A stretch of DNA of 64,000 nt from Longimicrobiales bacterium (GCA_965238005.1 OZ250165.1:544001-608000), one strand, 5' to 3'; positions 19,789-30,104 are shown, counted from the stretch's first letter. Numbers and translations are program-made. The notes: generated from the letters alone by a model not told the origin.

Positions 19789-21833
19789 GGCTTCAGCTGC
19801 TCCACCGTCGTCTGGTGGTCGGCATGGGCCTCGTGGCCCTCCTCGCTTTTGCCGGTGGCGCTGGCTTCGAGCCCACCAGCGCGGTCCTCGCGGCCATCGC
19901 CCTCATCCTCGCCTTCGTATGGCAGCCCGATCATGAGCTCTCGCTCAGGCTGGAGCAGTTCTGGCTACCCCTGGCCGGGATCTTGGTCGTTCGCTCCCTC
20001 TATCACGTCTTCCTCGTCGGCGACGACGTGGTGATCCCGGTGGTGGACCTTCTCTTGCTCCTTCTCAGTGCGGAGGCCTTGAGATCGCTCGATGCACCGA
20101 ACGACGCACGCCTGTACGCGCTCACCTTCGCGCTCCTCCTGGCATCGACCGCATACCGCCCCGGGGTGCTCTTCGCCCTGGCCTTCGTGAGCTATATCAC
20201 CCTCGCAACCGTGGCCCTCATGGTCGGGCACCTGCATCGACAGGCCGACGCGAGGGGAGGGCGTGAGCTCGTGCTGGAGCGGAAGTTCTTGATGGGCATG
20301 GCGGGCCTTTCCGGGGTCACGCTCATGATGAGCGGGGTCGTCTTCGTCGCGTTTCCCAGGTTCTCGCGGGGCTGGGCGTCCCGTGGTGACGTTCTGGCCA
20401 CCTCCATCGCCGGCTTCGCCGACCAGGTCTCCCTCGGAAGCCACGGCTCCCGGATCTACCCCAACCCCGCCATCGTCTTGCGGGTGGAATTTCCGGACGG
20501 TCGGCCTGCCAACGTGGGAGGGCTCCACTGGAGAGGGCGCTCCTACGACCGCTTCGACGGTGTCCGCTGGAGTCGCACCGCGTCACTGCCTCCATCAATC
20601 GGCATGGAGCGCTGGTACGAGGCGTGGAGCCCGGACCGGGTCCGCCAGAAGATCTATGCAGCTCCGCTGGACGTTCGTGTCCTTTTCGCTCTCCATCCCC
20701 TCCTGGGAGTGCGCTCCGACAATCCGCGCATCCAGCCACTCTTCGACAACGCCGGGGACCATATCTACTGGGGCTCAGGGAGCCCCTCGTACGAGGCGGT
20801 CTCGGTGGACGGACGGCCCGAGGCCGAGGCCTTGCGCGCCGCCAGATCGGGGTTCGCCCCTGCTCGGACCCACTTCACTCAGCTGCCCCACGTCTCGCAT
20901 CGGACCCGAGACCTGGCGCGTTCCCTGACACAGGGGCTCGACAACAACTACGACCGTGCCGTCGCGATAGAGGAGTTCTTCCACAACGAGTTCGGATACA
21001 CCCTCGACCTGCCCCCCTCGGCACGGCAGGCCACGCTCGAGTACTTCCTCTTCGATCGGCGGGAGGGCCACTGTGAGTACTTCTCGACGGCTATGGTCGT
21101 CTTGTTGCGCACCCTGGGGATCCACGCCCGAGAGGTAAACGGCTTCCTCGGTGGTCGGTGGAACGACTTCGGGCAGTACCTGGCCGTGACCCAGAACGAG
21201 GCTCACTCATGGGTGGAGGTGTGGTTTCCCGGATACGGATGGGCTCCCTTCGACCCCACGCCCGCCGGCGCGGGGTCGTCGGACGCGCTGACCTCTTGGC
21301 TCTGGCCGGGCCGGTTCCTCTTGGACGGGCTCCAGCACCGTTGGAACAAGTGGATCCTCGACTACGACCAGGAGTCCCAGTCGGGCCTGCTCCGCCGCGT
21401 CTCCGAGCTCTTCCGCCGGGATGAGCCTGGCGGCCAGGCCATCGACGGCCGCCCCTCGAGAGACCCCGCAGCCATATTCTGGGGGATCCTCATGGCTCTC
21501 GCCCTCGCGTTCGGCGTCTACTGGATGCACCGGAGTTCGTCCGATGCCGGACCGGAGACGCGCCTCTACCTCAAGTTGCGCGACAGCTGCCAGAGAGCAG
21601 GGCTCGTTTCGGGCGACGGTTTGGCACCTCTCACACTGGTCGACGAGCTCGCTCGTCGGAGGCACCCCGCGTATCGACCGGCTCACAGCCTCGTTACCAC
21701 CTATCTCCGGTCCCGGTTCGGTGGCCAGACACTGCACGGTTCCGACCAGGAGGAGATGAGGACCGCATTGACCGCCGTGCGTCGGGCCCTTCGGAGTGAA
21801 TCGGTGCTGACGCCTCCCTCTGCCGTCTCGTAG
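19785..21833 (+). CDS. Membrane transglutaminase-like protein (TgpA type, DUF3488 + transglutaminase core)
   Basis: N-terminal TM helices; catalytic triad motifs GHCEYFS, AHSWVEV, FDPTP. Confidence 0.88.
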   Translation: MRLQLLHRRLVVGMGLVALLAFAGGAGFEPTSAVLAAIALILAFVWQPDHELSLRLEQFWLPLAGILVVRSLYHVFLVGDDVVIPVVDLLLLLLSAEALRSLDAPNDARLYALTFALLLASTAYRPGVLFALAFVSYITLATVALMVGHLHRQADARGGRELVLERKFLMGMAGLSGVTLMMSGVVFVAFPRFSRGWASRGDVLATSIAGFADQVSLGSHGSRIYPNPAIVLRVEFPDGRPANVGGLHWRGRSYDRFDGVRWSRTASLPPSIGMERWYEAWSPDRVRQKIYAAPLDVRVLFALHPLLGVRSDNPRIQPLFDNAGDHIYWGSGSPSYEAVSVDGRPEAEALRAARSGFAPARTHFTQLPHVSHRTRDLARSLTQGLDNNYDRAVAIEEFFHNEFGYTLDLPPSARQATLEYFLFDRREGHCEYFSTAMVVLLRTLGIHAREVNGFLGGRWNDFGQYLAVTQNEAHSWVEVWFPGYGWAPFDPTPAGAGSSDALTSWLWPGRFLLDGLQHRWNKWILDYDQESQSGLLRRVSELFRRDEPGGQAIDGRPSRDPAAIFWGILMALALAFGVYWMHRSSSDAGPETRLYLKLRDSCQRAGLVSGDGLAPLTLVDELARRRHPAYRPAHSLVTTYLRSRFGGQTLHGSDQEEMRTALTAVRRALRSESVLTPPSAVS

Positions 21834-21866
21834 CGAAGCGGTAGGGGTGATGCTAATTTTCGTATC

Positions 21867-22172
21867 ATGACGACCCCGACCGACGCTCCGAGGCCACCAC
21901 CCCCTTCCAACGGACAGCACCTGGCGACCATCAGCCACGATGGCCGTTTCTGGGAGGTCTACCTGGAGTTCAGCGACGACCCACGACGGCCCTCGAGCTA
22001 CCGCGGCCTTCTGTGTTTTTCGCTGGCCGACAACGAGGGCGAGGAAGCCGCCCGGTGCACGACCACGATCATCATCGAGGACTCGTTCGAAGAGGCGGTC
22101 CGAAAGGCCCGGGCGTTCGAGGACCATCAGCTTCAGGGGCTCCTACGGTCCCTGCTCCCCGAGGAGGAGTGA
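21867..22172 (+). CDS. Hypothetical protein
   Basis: 101-aa ORF with protein-like composition, co-oriented and filling the intergenic gap. Confidence 0.65.
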   Translation: MTTPTDAPRPPPPSNGQHLATISHDGRFWEVYLEFSDDPRRPSSYRGLLCFSLADNEGEEAARCTTTIIIEDSFEEAVRKARAFEDHQLQGLLRSLLPEEE

Positions 22173-22348
22173 ACCGGCCGGAGGCATAGGACGCATAGGC
22201 CATAGATGCGGCTTTCGGCCGGTTTCCTCCCCCCCACGGGCGGGTGGCTACGCTTTTCACCGCTCCTCGGCCGATTGGGAAGAGCGGTTGCCGCCACCCC
22301 CAAACTCTATAGATTTTGCCTGCTATCGACTGACCATGAGGAGGCCGG

Positions 22349-22540
22349 ATGGCCATCTATCGTACGCTCTTATACGCGGACATGACCATCGGAGTCGGGG
22401 GACGGATCACGATCCCTCAGGATCTCCGGGACACCCTGAGACTGGCCGCGGGAGACGCCTTGACCGTTCGAGTGGAAGAGACGTCGGACGGCCAACGGCA
22501 GATGGTGATCTGGCGCACAGAAGAGCAGCCCGAAGAGTAG
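22349..22540 (+). CDS. AbrB/MazE/SpoVT-type DNA-binding protein
   Basis: GRITIPQDLRDTLRLAAGD pattern; GAGGAGG RBS. Confidence 0.8.
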   Translation: MAIYRTLLYADMTIGVGGRITIPQDLRDTLRLAAGDALTVRVEETSDGQRQMVIWRTEEQPEE

Positions 22541-22574
22541 CAGGCTTCGACCCCCTCTTTCCCCTCCGGAGTCC

Positions 22575-23090
22575 ATGTCGGTCCGCATCATTGTCGAGCA
22601 GGGCGACATCTCCGCGTTCGACGGTGACGCCGTCGTAAATGCGGCCAACAACCACCTCGTGCTGGGCGCTGGCGTCGCCGGCGCCATCCGCCGCCGTGGC
22701 GGCCCCTCCATTCAAGCCGAATGCGATCGCTACGTCCAGGAGCACGGCCCTATTGACGTGGGTGACGCCGTCCTCACCGGGTGCGGCGATCTGCCCGCCT
22801 CTCACGTGGTTCACGCAGCCGCCATGGGGGACGAAGCCGCGTCCGCCCACACGATCCGGTCGGCTACGCGCCGCTCCATGGAGCTGGCCGACGAGCGTGG
22901 AATCCGGAGCATTGCGTTCCCCATCCTCGGCACCGGAGTCGCGGGCTTCGACTTCGGCGAGGCAGCCGGGATCATGGTGGACGAGATCCGTCGTGCCGCC
23001 GAAGGGCGCCGTCACCCCGAGACCGTGGTGCTCTTCGGATATCTGGACCAGCAGGCCGACATCCTGAGGAGGTTGCTGGAGGCGAGGTGA
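22575..23090 (+). CDS. Macro domain protein (ADP-ribose binding/hydrolase)
   Basis: GDI, AVVNAAN...GAGVAGAI, AFPILGTGVAGF. Confidence 0.92.
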   Translation: MSVRIIVEQGDISAFDGDAVVNAANNHLVLGAGVAGAIRRRGGPSIQAECDRYVQEHGPIDVGDAVLTGCGDLPASHVVHAAAMGDEAASAHTIRSATRRSMELADERGIRSIAFPILGTGVAGFDFGEAAGIMVDEIRRAAEGRRHPETVVLFGYLDQQADILRRLLEAR

Positions 23091-23096
23091 GAGAGA

Positions 23097-24497
23097 TCAC
23101 TCGTCTTCGAGGTCGATCCACCTGATCAGCCCATCGAAGACCGACGCCCCATCGTGATGCCACCAGGGCGGAGGCCAGGGCGCACCCTCGAACGAGGTGA
23201 CGCGGGTCACACCGACGCGGCCGAGGGCCGTCGCGAAAGCCCCTCGCCGAGCTCCGGCCCCTGCGATGGCAACGGTCTGGAGGTGACGCCGGAGGTCGTA
23301 GAGTAGCTCGGGGACGTCGGCCAAGTCCGAGACCGGCTTCACATAGACAACCCGATTCTGACATGAGAGGGTGAAGGTGGGGCTCTCCTGGTAGATCACG
23401 GTCCAGGATCCCCGGTCCCCATGGTACACACGCACGCCGCTCCCCGATGCCTCTTCGAGCTCGGCCGCCCCACGTAGCTGGTGAAGCGACGATGCCTCGT
23501 CCGGAGTCAGACGCCCACCGGGAAGCTCCAGCTCGGCCTTGGCCATCGCCTCGGCGAGGGTTCCCGCCCAAGCGCCGGGGTCCGTGGCTCCTCCACACTC
23601 CACGTACAGGACGTGAGGCGACACGCATCCTCGCTGGTCGAACATCGACACTGCGGCGGCCGCATCCGCGGCCACGCGTGAGGCTCCGTCGGAGCTCAGC
23701 GCGTCTCGTCCCACGACCCCCACGCTCACGCGGTGGTGGTACGGCACGAAGCGGGACGTGACCGGCGTGCGAGCCCTCAGCGCCGCCACCGACTCGCTGC
23801 TCCCGTAGGCCACGACCACTTCGGCACTCTCCAGCGCCAACTCCTCTGCCGGGCTGTCCCCTCCCGGCCAATATACCACGGCCACTCCACGAGCCAGCTC
23901 TGGGTCCTCCTCCGCCAGAACCCGAGCGAAGAGAACCGGGAGGGCGACGTCTCCCTTGCTGGGCTTCAAGAGGACCGCCGATTTGACCAGGAGCGCACGG
24001 ATCATCGAAGAGACGCTCACCCCGGGGACGGTTCCGGCACCCACATGAAAGCTGAGGGCGGGTCCGATGGCGTGAACCGTCCGCCCCGAGTCGAACCGTT
24101 GAAAGCCGTCGAGGGCCTCGGGAGCCCCCAACTCTCGCACCAACAGCTCCGTCAAGCGGTCGCCCGTCCAATCCCGAGCCATGCCGGTCAGCACCACTGC
24201 GGCCATCTCCGCCGAGATGCCCGCAGTGGGGACGAGCCACTCCAGGGCCTCGAGGCGCACCGGGTCTTCCGGATCAAGAAATCGCTCAGCGGCCCGGCCG
24301 ATGCTTTGGGCCAGCTCGCGCACGGGTCGGTCCCTCAGCGCTCTCCCGGCGTCCCGGAGCGCCTCGAGCAGCCGGTTCCACTCGGACGGTTCGAGCGTTG
24401 GATACCGGACCTCGATCCCCGGATCCACTTCGATTTTCTCCCACGTGACGCCGGGGGCGAATCCCACCGGGAAGCAGGATGCGTCGAGGGTTGCCAT
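23097..24497 (-). CDS. LuxC-like acyl-CoA reductase
   Basis: FHVGAGTVPG, LLKPS, YWPGG, VVAYGS, FDQRGCVSP (catalytic Cys position). Confidence 0.8.
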   Translation of the reverse strand: MATLDASCFPVGFAPGVTWEKIEVDPGIEVRYPTLEPSEWNRLLEALRDAGRALRDRPVRELAQSIGRAAERFLDPEDPVRLEALEWLVPTAGISAEMAAVVLTGMARDWTGDRLTELLVRELGAPEALDGFQRFDSGRTVHAIGPALSFHVGAGTVPGVSVSSMIRALLVKSAVLLKPSKGDVALPVLFARVLAEEDPELARGVAVVYWPGGDSPAEELALESAEVVVAYGSSESVAALRARTPVTSRFVPYHHRVSVGVVGRDALSSDGASRVAADAAAAVSMFDQRGCVSPHVLYVECGGATDPGAWAGTLAEAMAKAELELPGGRLTPDEASSLHQLRGAAELEEASGSGVRVYHGDRGSWTVIYQESPTFTLSCQNRVVYVKPVSDLADVPELLYDLRRHLQTVAIAGAGARRGAFATALGRVGVTRVTSFEGAPWPPPWWHHDGASVFDGLIRWIDLEDE

Positions 24498-24499
24498 GC

Positions 24500-25615
24500 C
24501 TACCGTAATCCAGAGAGAAGCTCGTCCATGGCCAAGGAGCAGCCCCGGGGCTCGGCGCCCTCCGCGCGGCCAACGACGCGGAGGCCTCCCTCCGCGTCGA
24601 CGGAGCCCACGTCCTCAGTCAGGACGGCCATGACGGACCCGGCGTTGGCCAGATCGTAGTGGCACAGCAGTCCCTCTTCGCCGGGAGCGAGGGACTCGAG
24701 GGTGGTCGGGTCCAGCACGCGAGTGCGCATCCAGGGCGGCGCAACATGCCGCCGACCTTCGAGGGACTCCGGCGGAGCAGACAACGCGGGCTCGTAGAAC
24801 TGTGAGAGCAGCTCCGTCATCCCGTATTCGTTCACAATGCGGTGCATCGGCACACCGTGGGCCGTCGAGAGCGCCTCATAGAGCTCGGGCCTCGACAGGG
24901 TGCGTGAACACCCCTTGAAGCCACCCGTTTCGAGTACGCAGGAGCCCGGAGGAAGCTCGAACCGATGCTCTGCATGGGCCAAGGCATCGAGCCAGTGAAC
25001 GAAGGCGAACGCAGTCCCGGCCAGCAGCACGGGCTGCTCCTCCGCCGTGGCCTCGGTGAGTGCCCGGCGCAGCCCTTCCACGTCCAGCCCCTCCTCCGGC
25101 CGCATGAAGAAGCCGCCGTCTCCGACCGAGAGCACCTCCAGAGCCTCTCCCAGCATGAAGCTCAAGGAGGAGTCCGGCGCTCTTTCCGGTGACGGCACCA
25201 ACGCGAGAAGGCGCAGTCTCACGCCGTCCGGGTACAGATGAGCCTCGAGATTCGGGATGAGTGAAGCCCTGTAGAGCCCCAAGTCCAGGACGTGGTGCTC
25301 TCCGCGGTCCTGGGGGCCATGTGTGGTTCCGCTGGTCCGAAAGACGCGTTGAACGCGCGAGGGATCGCCGGAGATCAGCGGAACGACTTTGAACGCCGAT
25401 GTAGGAACCGGCGGAATCGTCTCCCAGTCCCCCAAGGTGGACGGAGTGACCCCTCTCTTCCGGCAGTAGCTCGAGTAGATGGGGTTCGTTCCGAGCTGGT
25501 GCTCGAGGACCCTGCGGGCGAACTCGCCGAAGGACTGATCCGTCCAGGGCTCGAGAACCCCGCCCTGAAAGGCCGCCTTCAGGTCATCCGACAGCCTCTC
25601 GAAGCCGTCGCCCAC
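24500..25615 (-). CDS. LuxE-like acyl-protein synthetase
   Basis: FRTSGTT, ETGGFKG, NEYGMTELLSQ, LTEDVG, C-terminal RGCS. Confidence 0.8.
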   Translation of the reverse strand: MGDGFERLSDDLKAAFQGGVLEPWTDQSFGEFARRVLEHQLGTNPIYSSYCRKRGVTPSTLGDWETIPPVPTSAFKVVPLISGDPSRVQRVFRTSGTTHGPQDRGEHHVLDLGLYRASLIPNLEAHLYPDGVRLRLLALVPSPERAPDSSLSFMLGEALEVLSVGDGGFFMRPEEGLDVEGLRRALTEATAEEQPVLLAGTAFAFVHWLDALAHAEHRFELPPGSCVLETGGFKGCSRTLSRPELYEALSTAHGVPMHRIVNEYGMTELLSQFYEPALSAPPESLEGRRHVAPPWMRTRVLDPTTLESLAPGEEGLLCHYDLANAGSVMAVLTEDVGSVDAEGGLRVVGRAEGAEPRGCSLAMDELLSGLR

Positions 25616-25638
25616 GGCTAGCCGGTCCTGGTCATGGG

Positions 25639-27384
25639 CTACCCGGTCGCCCCCCTACCGCGGATCGCACGCCCCGCCTGAATCCCGGTCTGCTCACCCT
25701 CCCTCAGGGTCACCTGTCCGTTCACGACCACGAGCGGAATGCCGACAGGATACTGGTGAGGTGCCTCGAAGGTGGCACCGTCGGTGACCGTCGTGGGGTC
25801 GAACGCCACGAGATCGGCATAGGCGCCGGTCCGGATGATGCCCCGGTCCTCGAGGCCGAGCTTGGCGGCGGGCAGCGCTGTGACCTTGTGCACGGCGAGC
25901 TCCAGCGAGAGAGCCCCCTCGTCTCGCACATAGTGCCCCATGAGACGGGGGAAGGAGCCGTAGGCCCGGGGGTGGGGTGAGCCGCCCGACAGGGCCCCGT
26001 AGGGGGCGTAGCTGCCGCCGTCGGAGCACACCATGCCGAGGGGATGGGCCAGAATCTTCGTGGTGTTCTCCTCCGACATCCCGAAGCCGATCATGCCCAC
26101 TTCGTTGTCCTCCTCGATGATGAGGCGAACGGCCAGAGCGAACGGCTCCTCAGAGCGCTCCTGCGCCAGCTCGCCCAGGCGCCGCCCCCGGGCGTAGGCG
26201 TTCGCCGCGGTGCGCGTCGAGGTGATCTGGACGGCGTCCCAGGAACCCAGGAGCGCGACCTTGTCACGGGCAAAGCGCTCGATGGCGGGGAGCTCGCCCG
26301 GATCGCGGAGGCGCCGCAGGAAGGCGGCGCTGCCCCCGGACCGCGCCCAGTTCGGGAAGAGGTTGGAGAGCCCAGTGCTGTACGCCACGTAGGGATAGCG
26401 GTCGAAGTGCACGTCGACGCCGGCCTCTCGGGCCTCCTCGATGACTCGCAGAGCAGCCTCGGCCTTCCAGTAGTTCCGCCGGCCCTGAGCCTTCAGGTGG
26501 GAGATCTGAACGGGCACCCCCGCCACCAGACCCACGTGGATCGCCTCTTCTATGGCCGCGAACAAGCGGTCGTCCTCGTTCCGCATGTGCGACGTGTACG
26601 GGTAGCCGGTCCCCTCCAGGGCTCGGGCCAGCTCGACGAGCTCCGAGGTGGCGGCGAACGAGCCCGGTGTGTACTCGAGTCCCGAGGAGAGGCCCACGGC
26701 TCCCTGTTCGAGAGCCGCCCGCACGAGCCCTCTCATGCGGTTCAGCTCGGCTTCGGTGGCCGGCCGGTGCTCCGAGCCCACCACCAACCCTCGAACGGTG
26801 CCGTGCCCCACCATGGTGGCCAGGTTCACGGTCGCCGGGGTCCGGTCGAGGCGATCCAGAAAGCCCCCGAGATCCCGGAAGTCGATTTCGACGCCGTAGC
26901 TCTCCCGGTACCGCGCCTTCGTGGCCTGGAACCCGGCCTCGGACCACGGGCCCACCGAGCTTCCGTCCTGGCCCACGACCTCGAGGGTGATTCCCTGGCG
27001 GATCCGGCTCTCGGCCTTCGGATTGACCAGGAGGGCGAGGTCGGCGTGGGAGTGGATGTCGATGAAGCCCGGCGCCAGGGCCATGCCTGCCAGATCGATC
27101 TCTTCGGCTCCGGCTTCGGCGATCCGTCCGACGGCCGTGATGCGGTCCGCGGTGACCGCTACGTCTGCCTCGACTCCCGGACCACCGGTCCCGTCGTACA
27201 CCGTGGCGCGGCGGAGGACCAGGTCCGGAGGGCTGCCACCGGGACCCGCGGGGACGGCTCCCAGGTCGTCACGCCTCACATTGGTCGTTCCCAGCGCCCC
27301 GACTGCACCCAGTGCCTCGACGGCCCCGAGAGTACCGGCCGCGCCCAACGCGCCGCCCACCCGCAGAAACGCCCGGCGCCTCAT
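25639..27384 (-). CDS. Tat-exported N-acyl-D-amino-acid deacylase (amidohydrolase family)
   Basis: MRRRAFL signal; PGFIDIHSH, GLSSGLEY, SHMRNE, PHPRAYGSFPR. Confidence 0.88.
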   Translation of the reverse strand: MRRRAFLRVGGALGAAGTLGAVEALGAVGALGTTNVRRDDLGAVPAGPGGSPPDLVLRRATVYDGTGGPGVEADVAVTADRITAVGRIAEAGAEEIDLAGMALAPGFIDIHSHADLALLVNPKAESRIRQGITLEVVGQDGSSVGPWSEAGFQATKARYRESYGVEIDFRDLGGFLDRLDRTPATVNLATMVGHGTVRGLVVGSEHRPATEAELNRMRGLVRAALEQGAVGLSSGLEYTPGSFAATSELVELARALEGTGYPYTSHMRNEDDRLFAAIEEAIHVGLVAGVPVQISHLKAQGRRNYWKAEAALRVIEEAREAGVDVHFDRYPYVAYSTGLSNLFPNWARSGGSAAFLRRLRDPGELPAIERFARDKVALLGSWDAVQITSTRTAANAYARGRRLGELAQERSEEPFALAVRLIIEEDNEVGMIGFGMSEENTTKILAHPLGMVCSDGGSYAPYGALSGGSPHPRAYGSFPRLMGHYVRDEGALSLELAVHKVTALPAAKLGLEDRGIIRTGAYADLVAFDPTTVTDGATFEAPHQYPVGIPLVVVNGQVTLREGEQTGIQAGRAIRGRGATG

Positions 27385-27647
27385 GACATCGACCCTCGAC
27401 GGACACGGCCGGGCTCCAAGCCGCCGAACGACAGGATCTTCTCCTGCAGGCGTGCGGCCTCGCGGTCAAGGAAGTCCTCGATTTCCATCAGGTTGTTCAT
27501 CGCATCCTCATATTCGGTCTCCGGAAAGTCCTCTCCCTCGGCGTGGGAGAGAGCTCCCCGAAGGGCCTCCACTTCGCGTCGACTCTTCTCCACTGCACGA
27601 CGCAGTCGATTCAGCGCCTTGCGGGCCTGGCTCTCGGGTGTGCTCAT
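27381..27647 (-). CDS. Hypothetical helical protein (88 aa)
   Basis: MSTPESQARKALNRL...; stop codon overlaps the start of the deacylase gene (ATGA). Confidence 0.65.
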   Translation of the reverse strand: MSTPESQARKALNRLRRAVEKSRREVEALRGALSHAEGEDFPETEYEDAMNNLMEIEDFLDREAARLQEKILSFGGLEPGRVRRGSMS

Positions 27648-27811
27648 CTGAGGGAGGGAACCAAATTTCGGGACCGGATTAGGTGCATGGGCTGACGTGC
27701 GTGGGGCACTCGAACAAAGGGCGTATGGTGAAAATGCCCGCTCGGCGCCCTTGGGAACAGAGGCCGGCCTCGGTAGGTTGGACGCTCCCAACCAACATCG
27801 CGTGAGAGGAA

Positions 27812-28795
27812 ATGAGCGAGCATATAGACCTGGTCGTGGTAGGCGCCGGGCCCTGCGGCATCGCCGTCGGAGCAGCAGCAGCCACTGGCGGCCTCGAGGC
27901 CACACTCTACGAAAAGGGGTGCGTCACCAGCTCGCTGGTGGATTACCCCTACTACATGACGTTCTTCAGCACGGCGGAGAAGCTGGAGATCGCCGGCGTG
28001 CCCTTCACCATCGCCGAGATGAAGCCGACGCGACGGGAGGCGTTGGTCTACTACCGCCGTGTCGTGAAGTATTGCGATCTGGACGTTCGCCAGTACGAGG
28101 AGGTCACCTCCATCGAGGGCACCCGAGGCGACTTCACGGTGAGCACCTGCTCGCGTGCAGGCGTCGAGAGCTCGATCCGCGCCCGGGCCGTCGTCGTCGC
28201 CACAGGGGGATTCGACGAGCCCAACTACCTGGGCGTGCCCGGTGAGGACCTCCCCAAGGTCAAGCACTACTACCAGGAGCCCTACCCGTTCTACGACCAG
28301 GACGTCTTGGTGGTGGGGGCAGGCAACTCATCGGTCGAGTCGGCCCTGGAGACGTACCGCGCCGGCGCGAGGGTCACGATCGTCCACTTTCTCGACCAGA
28401 TCGACCGCGGCGTGAAGCCCTGGATCACGCCCGACATCCAGAACCGCTTGAAGAACGGTGAGATCACGGTCTACTGGGAGCACCGGGTCGCGGAGATCCG
28501 CCCCGCCTCGGTGGTGATGCGCAAGGAGGGCTCCGGTGAGACCGTGGAGATCCCCAACGATTGGGTGCTCGCCATGACAGGCTGGCGTCCGAATCGGGAG
28601 TTCCTGGCCGCCCTAGGTGTGACCATCGACGGGGAGACGGGCATTCCGACCCATGATCCCGAGACGATGGAGACCGACGTTCCCGGGATCTACGTGGCCG
28701 GAGTCCTGGCCGCCGGCTACAACGCCAACAAGATCTTCATTGAGAACGGGAAGCTGCACGGGCCCAAGATCGTTCAGTCGCTCACTGAATCCTGA
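27812..28795 (+). CDS. YpdA-family FAD-dependent (putative bacillithiol) disulfide reductase
   Basis: GAGPCG, YPYYMTFFST, KPTRREALVYY, VKPWITPDIQNR, IFIENGKLH. Confidence 0.85.
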   Translation: MSEHIDLVVVGAGPCGIAVGAAAATGGLEATLYEKGCVTSSLVDYPYYMTFFSTAEKLEIAGVPFTIAEMKPTRREALVYYRRVVKYCDLDVRQYEEVTSIEGTRGDFTVSTCSRAGVESSIRARAVVVATGGFDEPNYLGVPGEDLPKVKHYYQEPYPFYDQDVLVVGAGNSSVESALETYRAGARVTIVHFLDQIDRGVKPWITPDIQNRLKNGEITVYWEHRVAEIRPASVVMRKEGSGETVEIPNDWVLAMTGWRPNREFLAALGVTIDGETGIPTHDPETMETDVPGIYVAGVLAAGYNANKIFIENGKLHGPKIVQSLTES

Positions 28796-28870
28796 CGAGG
28801 CATCTCGACCCCGCTCGGGGCAGTCCAGTCACCTCACCCTCCCGCTCACCATGTCCTCGCTCCGGGGAGC

Positions 28871-29341
28871 TCAAAAAAGCACGCCCGCCCTCACCACGGC
28901 CTGACGCAGCTCCCCATCCAGAAACTCGTAACGCCCCTCGCCGAAGAGCCGAAAACCCACTAGTGCCAGATCCAGCCCCACACCGGCGAAGGCGCCACTG
29001 GAGTCCATGTCCAAACCGGCGGGATTCTCAAGATCCCTGGAGGCCAATCCGCCGACCACGTAGGGGCGCGCCACGGGGAAGAGGAAGGGTCTCAGAGCCA
29101 CTCCCAGCGACCAGCCCTTCAGCTTGCAGTCGTCACAGTCGGGAAGAAACCAGGTGCCCGACCCATAGACGTCCACGGGAAGGATGGGAATGTCGAGGCC
29201 GAGCTGGGCTCCCACCCCGGCCGTGCCATCGAAAGCGTCCTGTGCCCACGCGCCGAACAACCCGCCGAAAATCTGCGCCCTCCCCTCGCGCGGCACGGAA
29301 AGGGCCCCGACGAGGACCAACCCAACGATCAAGTGCCTCAC
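28871..29341 (-). CDS. Small outer-membrane beta-barrel protein
   Basis: Signal peptide, alternating beta-strand pattern, RPYVVGG, C-terminal Phe. Confidence 0.7.
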   Translation of the reverse strand: MRHLIVGLVLVGALSVPREGRAQIFGGLFGAWAQDAFDGTAGVGAQLGLDIPILPVDVYGSGTWFLPDCDDCKLKGWSLGVALRPFLFPVARPYVVGGLASRDLENPAGLDMDSSGAFAGVGLDLALVGFRLFGEGRYEFLDGELRQAVVRAGVLF

Positions 29342-29464
29342 GGCATGCTCCCCGTAGGACCACGTAATTACCGATCATTCATCCCCAATGTACCCGCTCG
29401 GGCCCTCGGCGACCCCCATTCCGTTGCTCGGCGACGGCCCCGCGCGACGCGGAGCCGCGATGGA

Positions 29465-29735
29465 CTAGTGTGGTGTCCGAGAAGTTCGCGAGCCACCGAG
29501 AGTGCCGCGGCACCGGATCAGGGGTAGCCGCGCCACTAGGTGTGGGTCAGGCGCGACGACGACGAATAGCACCGCGGCCGAAGGCCGTGGTCCGAGGAGG
29601 AGGAACGCCGCAGGGCCGGATGCATCGGTGCTCGAGCCGAGCGACCTTCATGCTCGCCGTGAGCGCCGAGTTGACCGCGAGACGATCGAGCGCAGCGAGA
29701 TCAATGGCCGAGACACTTCTGGGACACCACACTGG
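29465..29735. mobile_element. MITE-like element, family 1 (divergent long copy)
   Basis: Terminal inverted repeats CTAGTGTGGTGTCCGAGAAGT / ACTTCTGGGACACCACACTGG; shares AAGTTCGCGAGCCACC, CGGATGCA and TGGCCGAGACACTT blocks with other copies. Confidence 0.75.
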
Positions 29736-29852
29736 CACGGCGGATCCGATAGATTGTCACCAAGGGTGCGTCGGACCATTCCCCACGCAGCTCGTGCGAA
29801 CCGAGTCGGGAGCCCTGCAAACAGACGTCCACGCCAGAGCAAGGATGGGGCA

Positions 29853-30104
29853 TTGGGCATCTTCGAATTGATGCTTGGCGTCGTCATTATCGTGACCGCC
29901 GGGAAAGTGGTGGAACGCCGCATGTCCCGACCGCGGCGTGGAGAATCGCTCCAGGTCGGTACGGAGGAGCTCCACCGAATTCGGGAGACGATCGGCGACC
30001 TGAGCGGGCGCCTCGAGCGCCTGGAGGAGGAGCGGGACTTCTACAAGGATCTCCTGGAACCGAGAGGTCGTCGCGAGCTCCCGCCCGCGAACCCGAAGGA
30101 TTAG
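29853..30104 (+). CDS. Small membrane-anchored coiled-coil protein (start 29853 TTG or 29871 ATG)
   Basis: N-terminal hydrophobic helix, then LSGRLERLEEERDFYKDLL. Confidence 0.65.
   Translation: MGIFELMLGVVIIVTAGKVVERRMSRPRRGESLQVGTEELHRIRETIGDLSGRLERLEEERDFYKDLLEPRGRRELPPANPKD

Noticed and set aside
17661..21833. MoxR-DUF58-transglutaminase triad as a novel system
   Set aside because: Widespread, already described gene arrangement
22349..23090. AbrB-like + macro domain as a toxin-antitoxin or defence module
   Set aside because: No toxin or ADP-ribosyltransferase gene adjacent; both families occur commonly alone
23097..25615. Bioluminescence operon
   Set aside because: No luxA, luxB or luxD in the window
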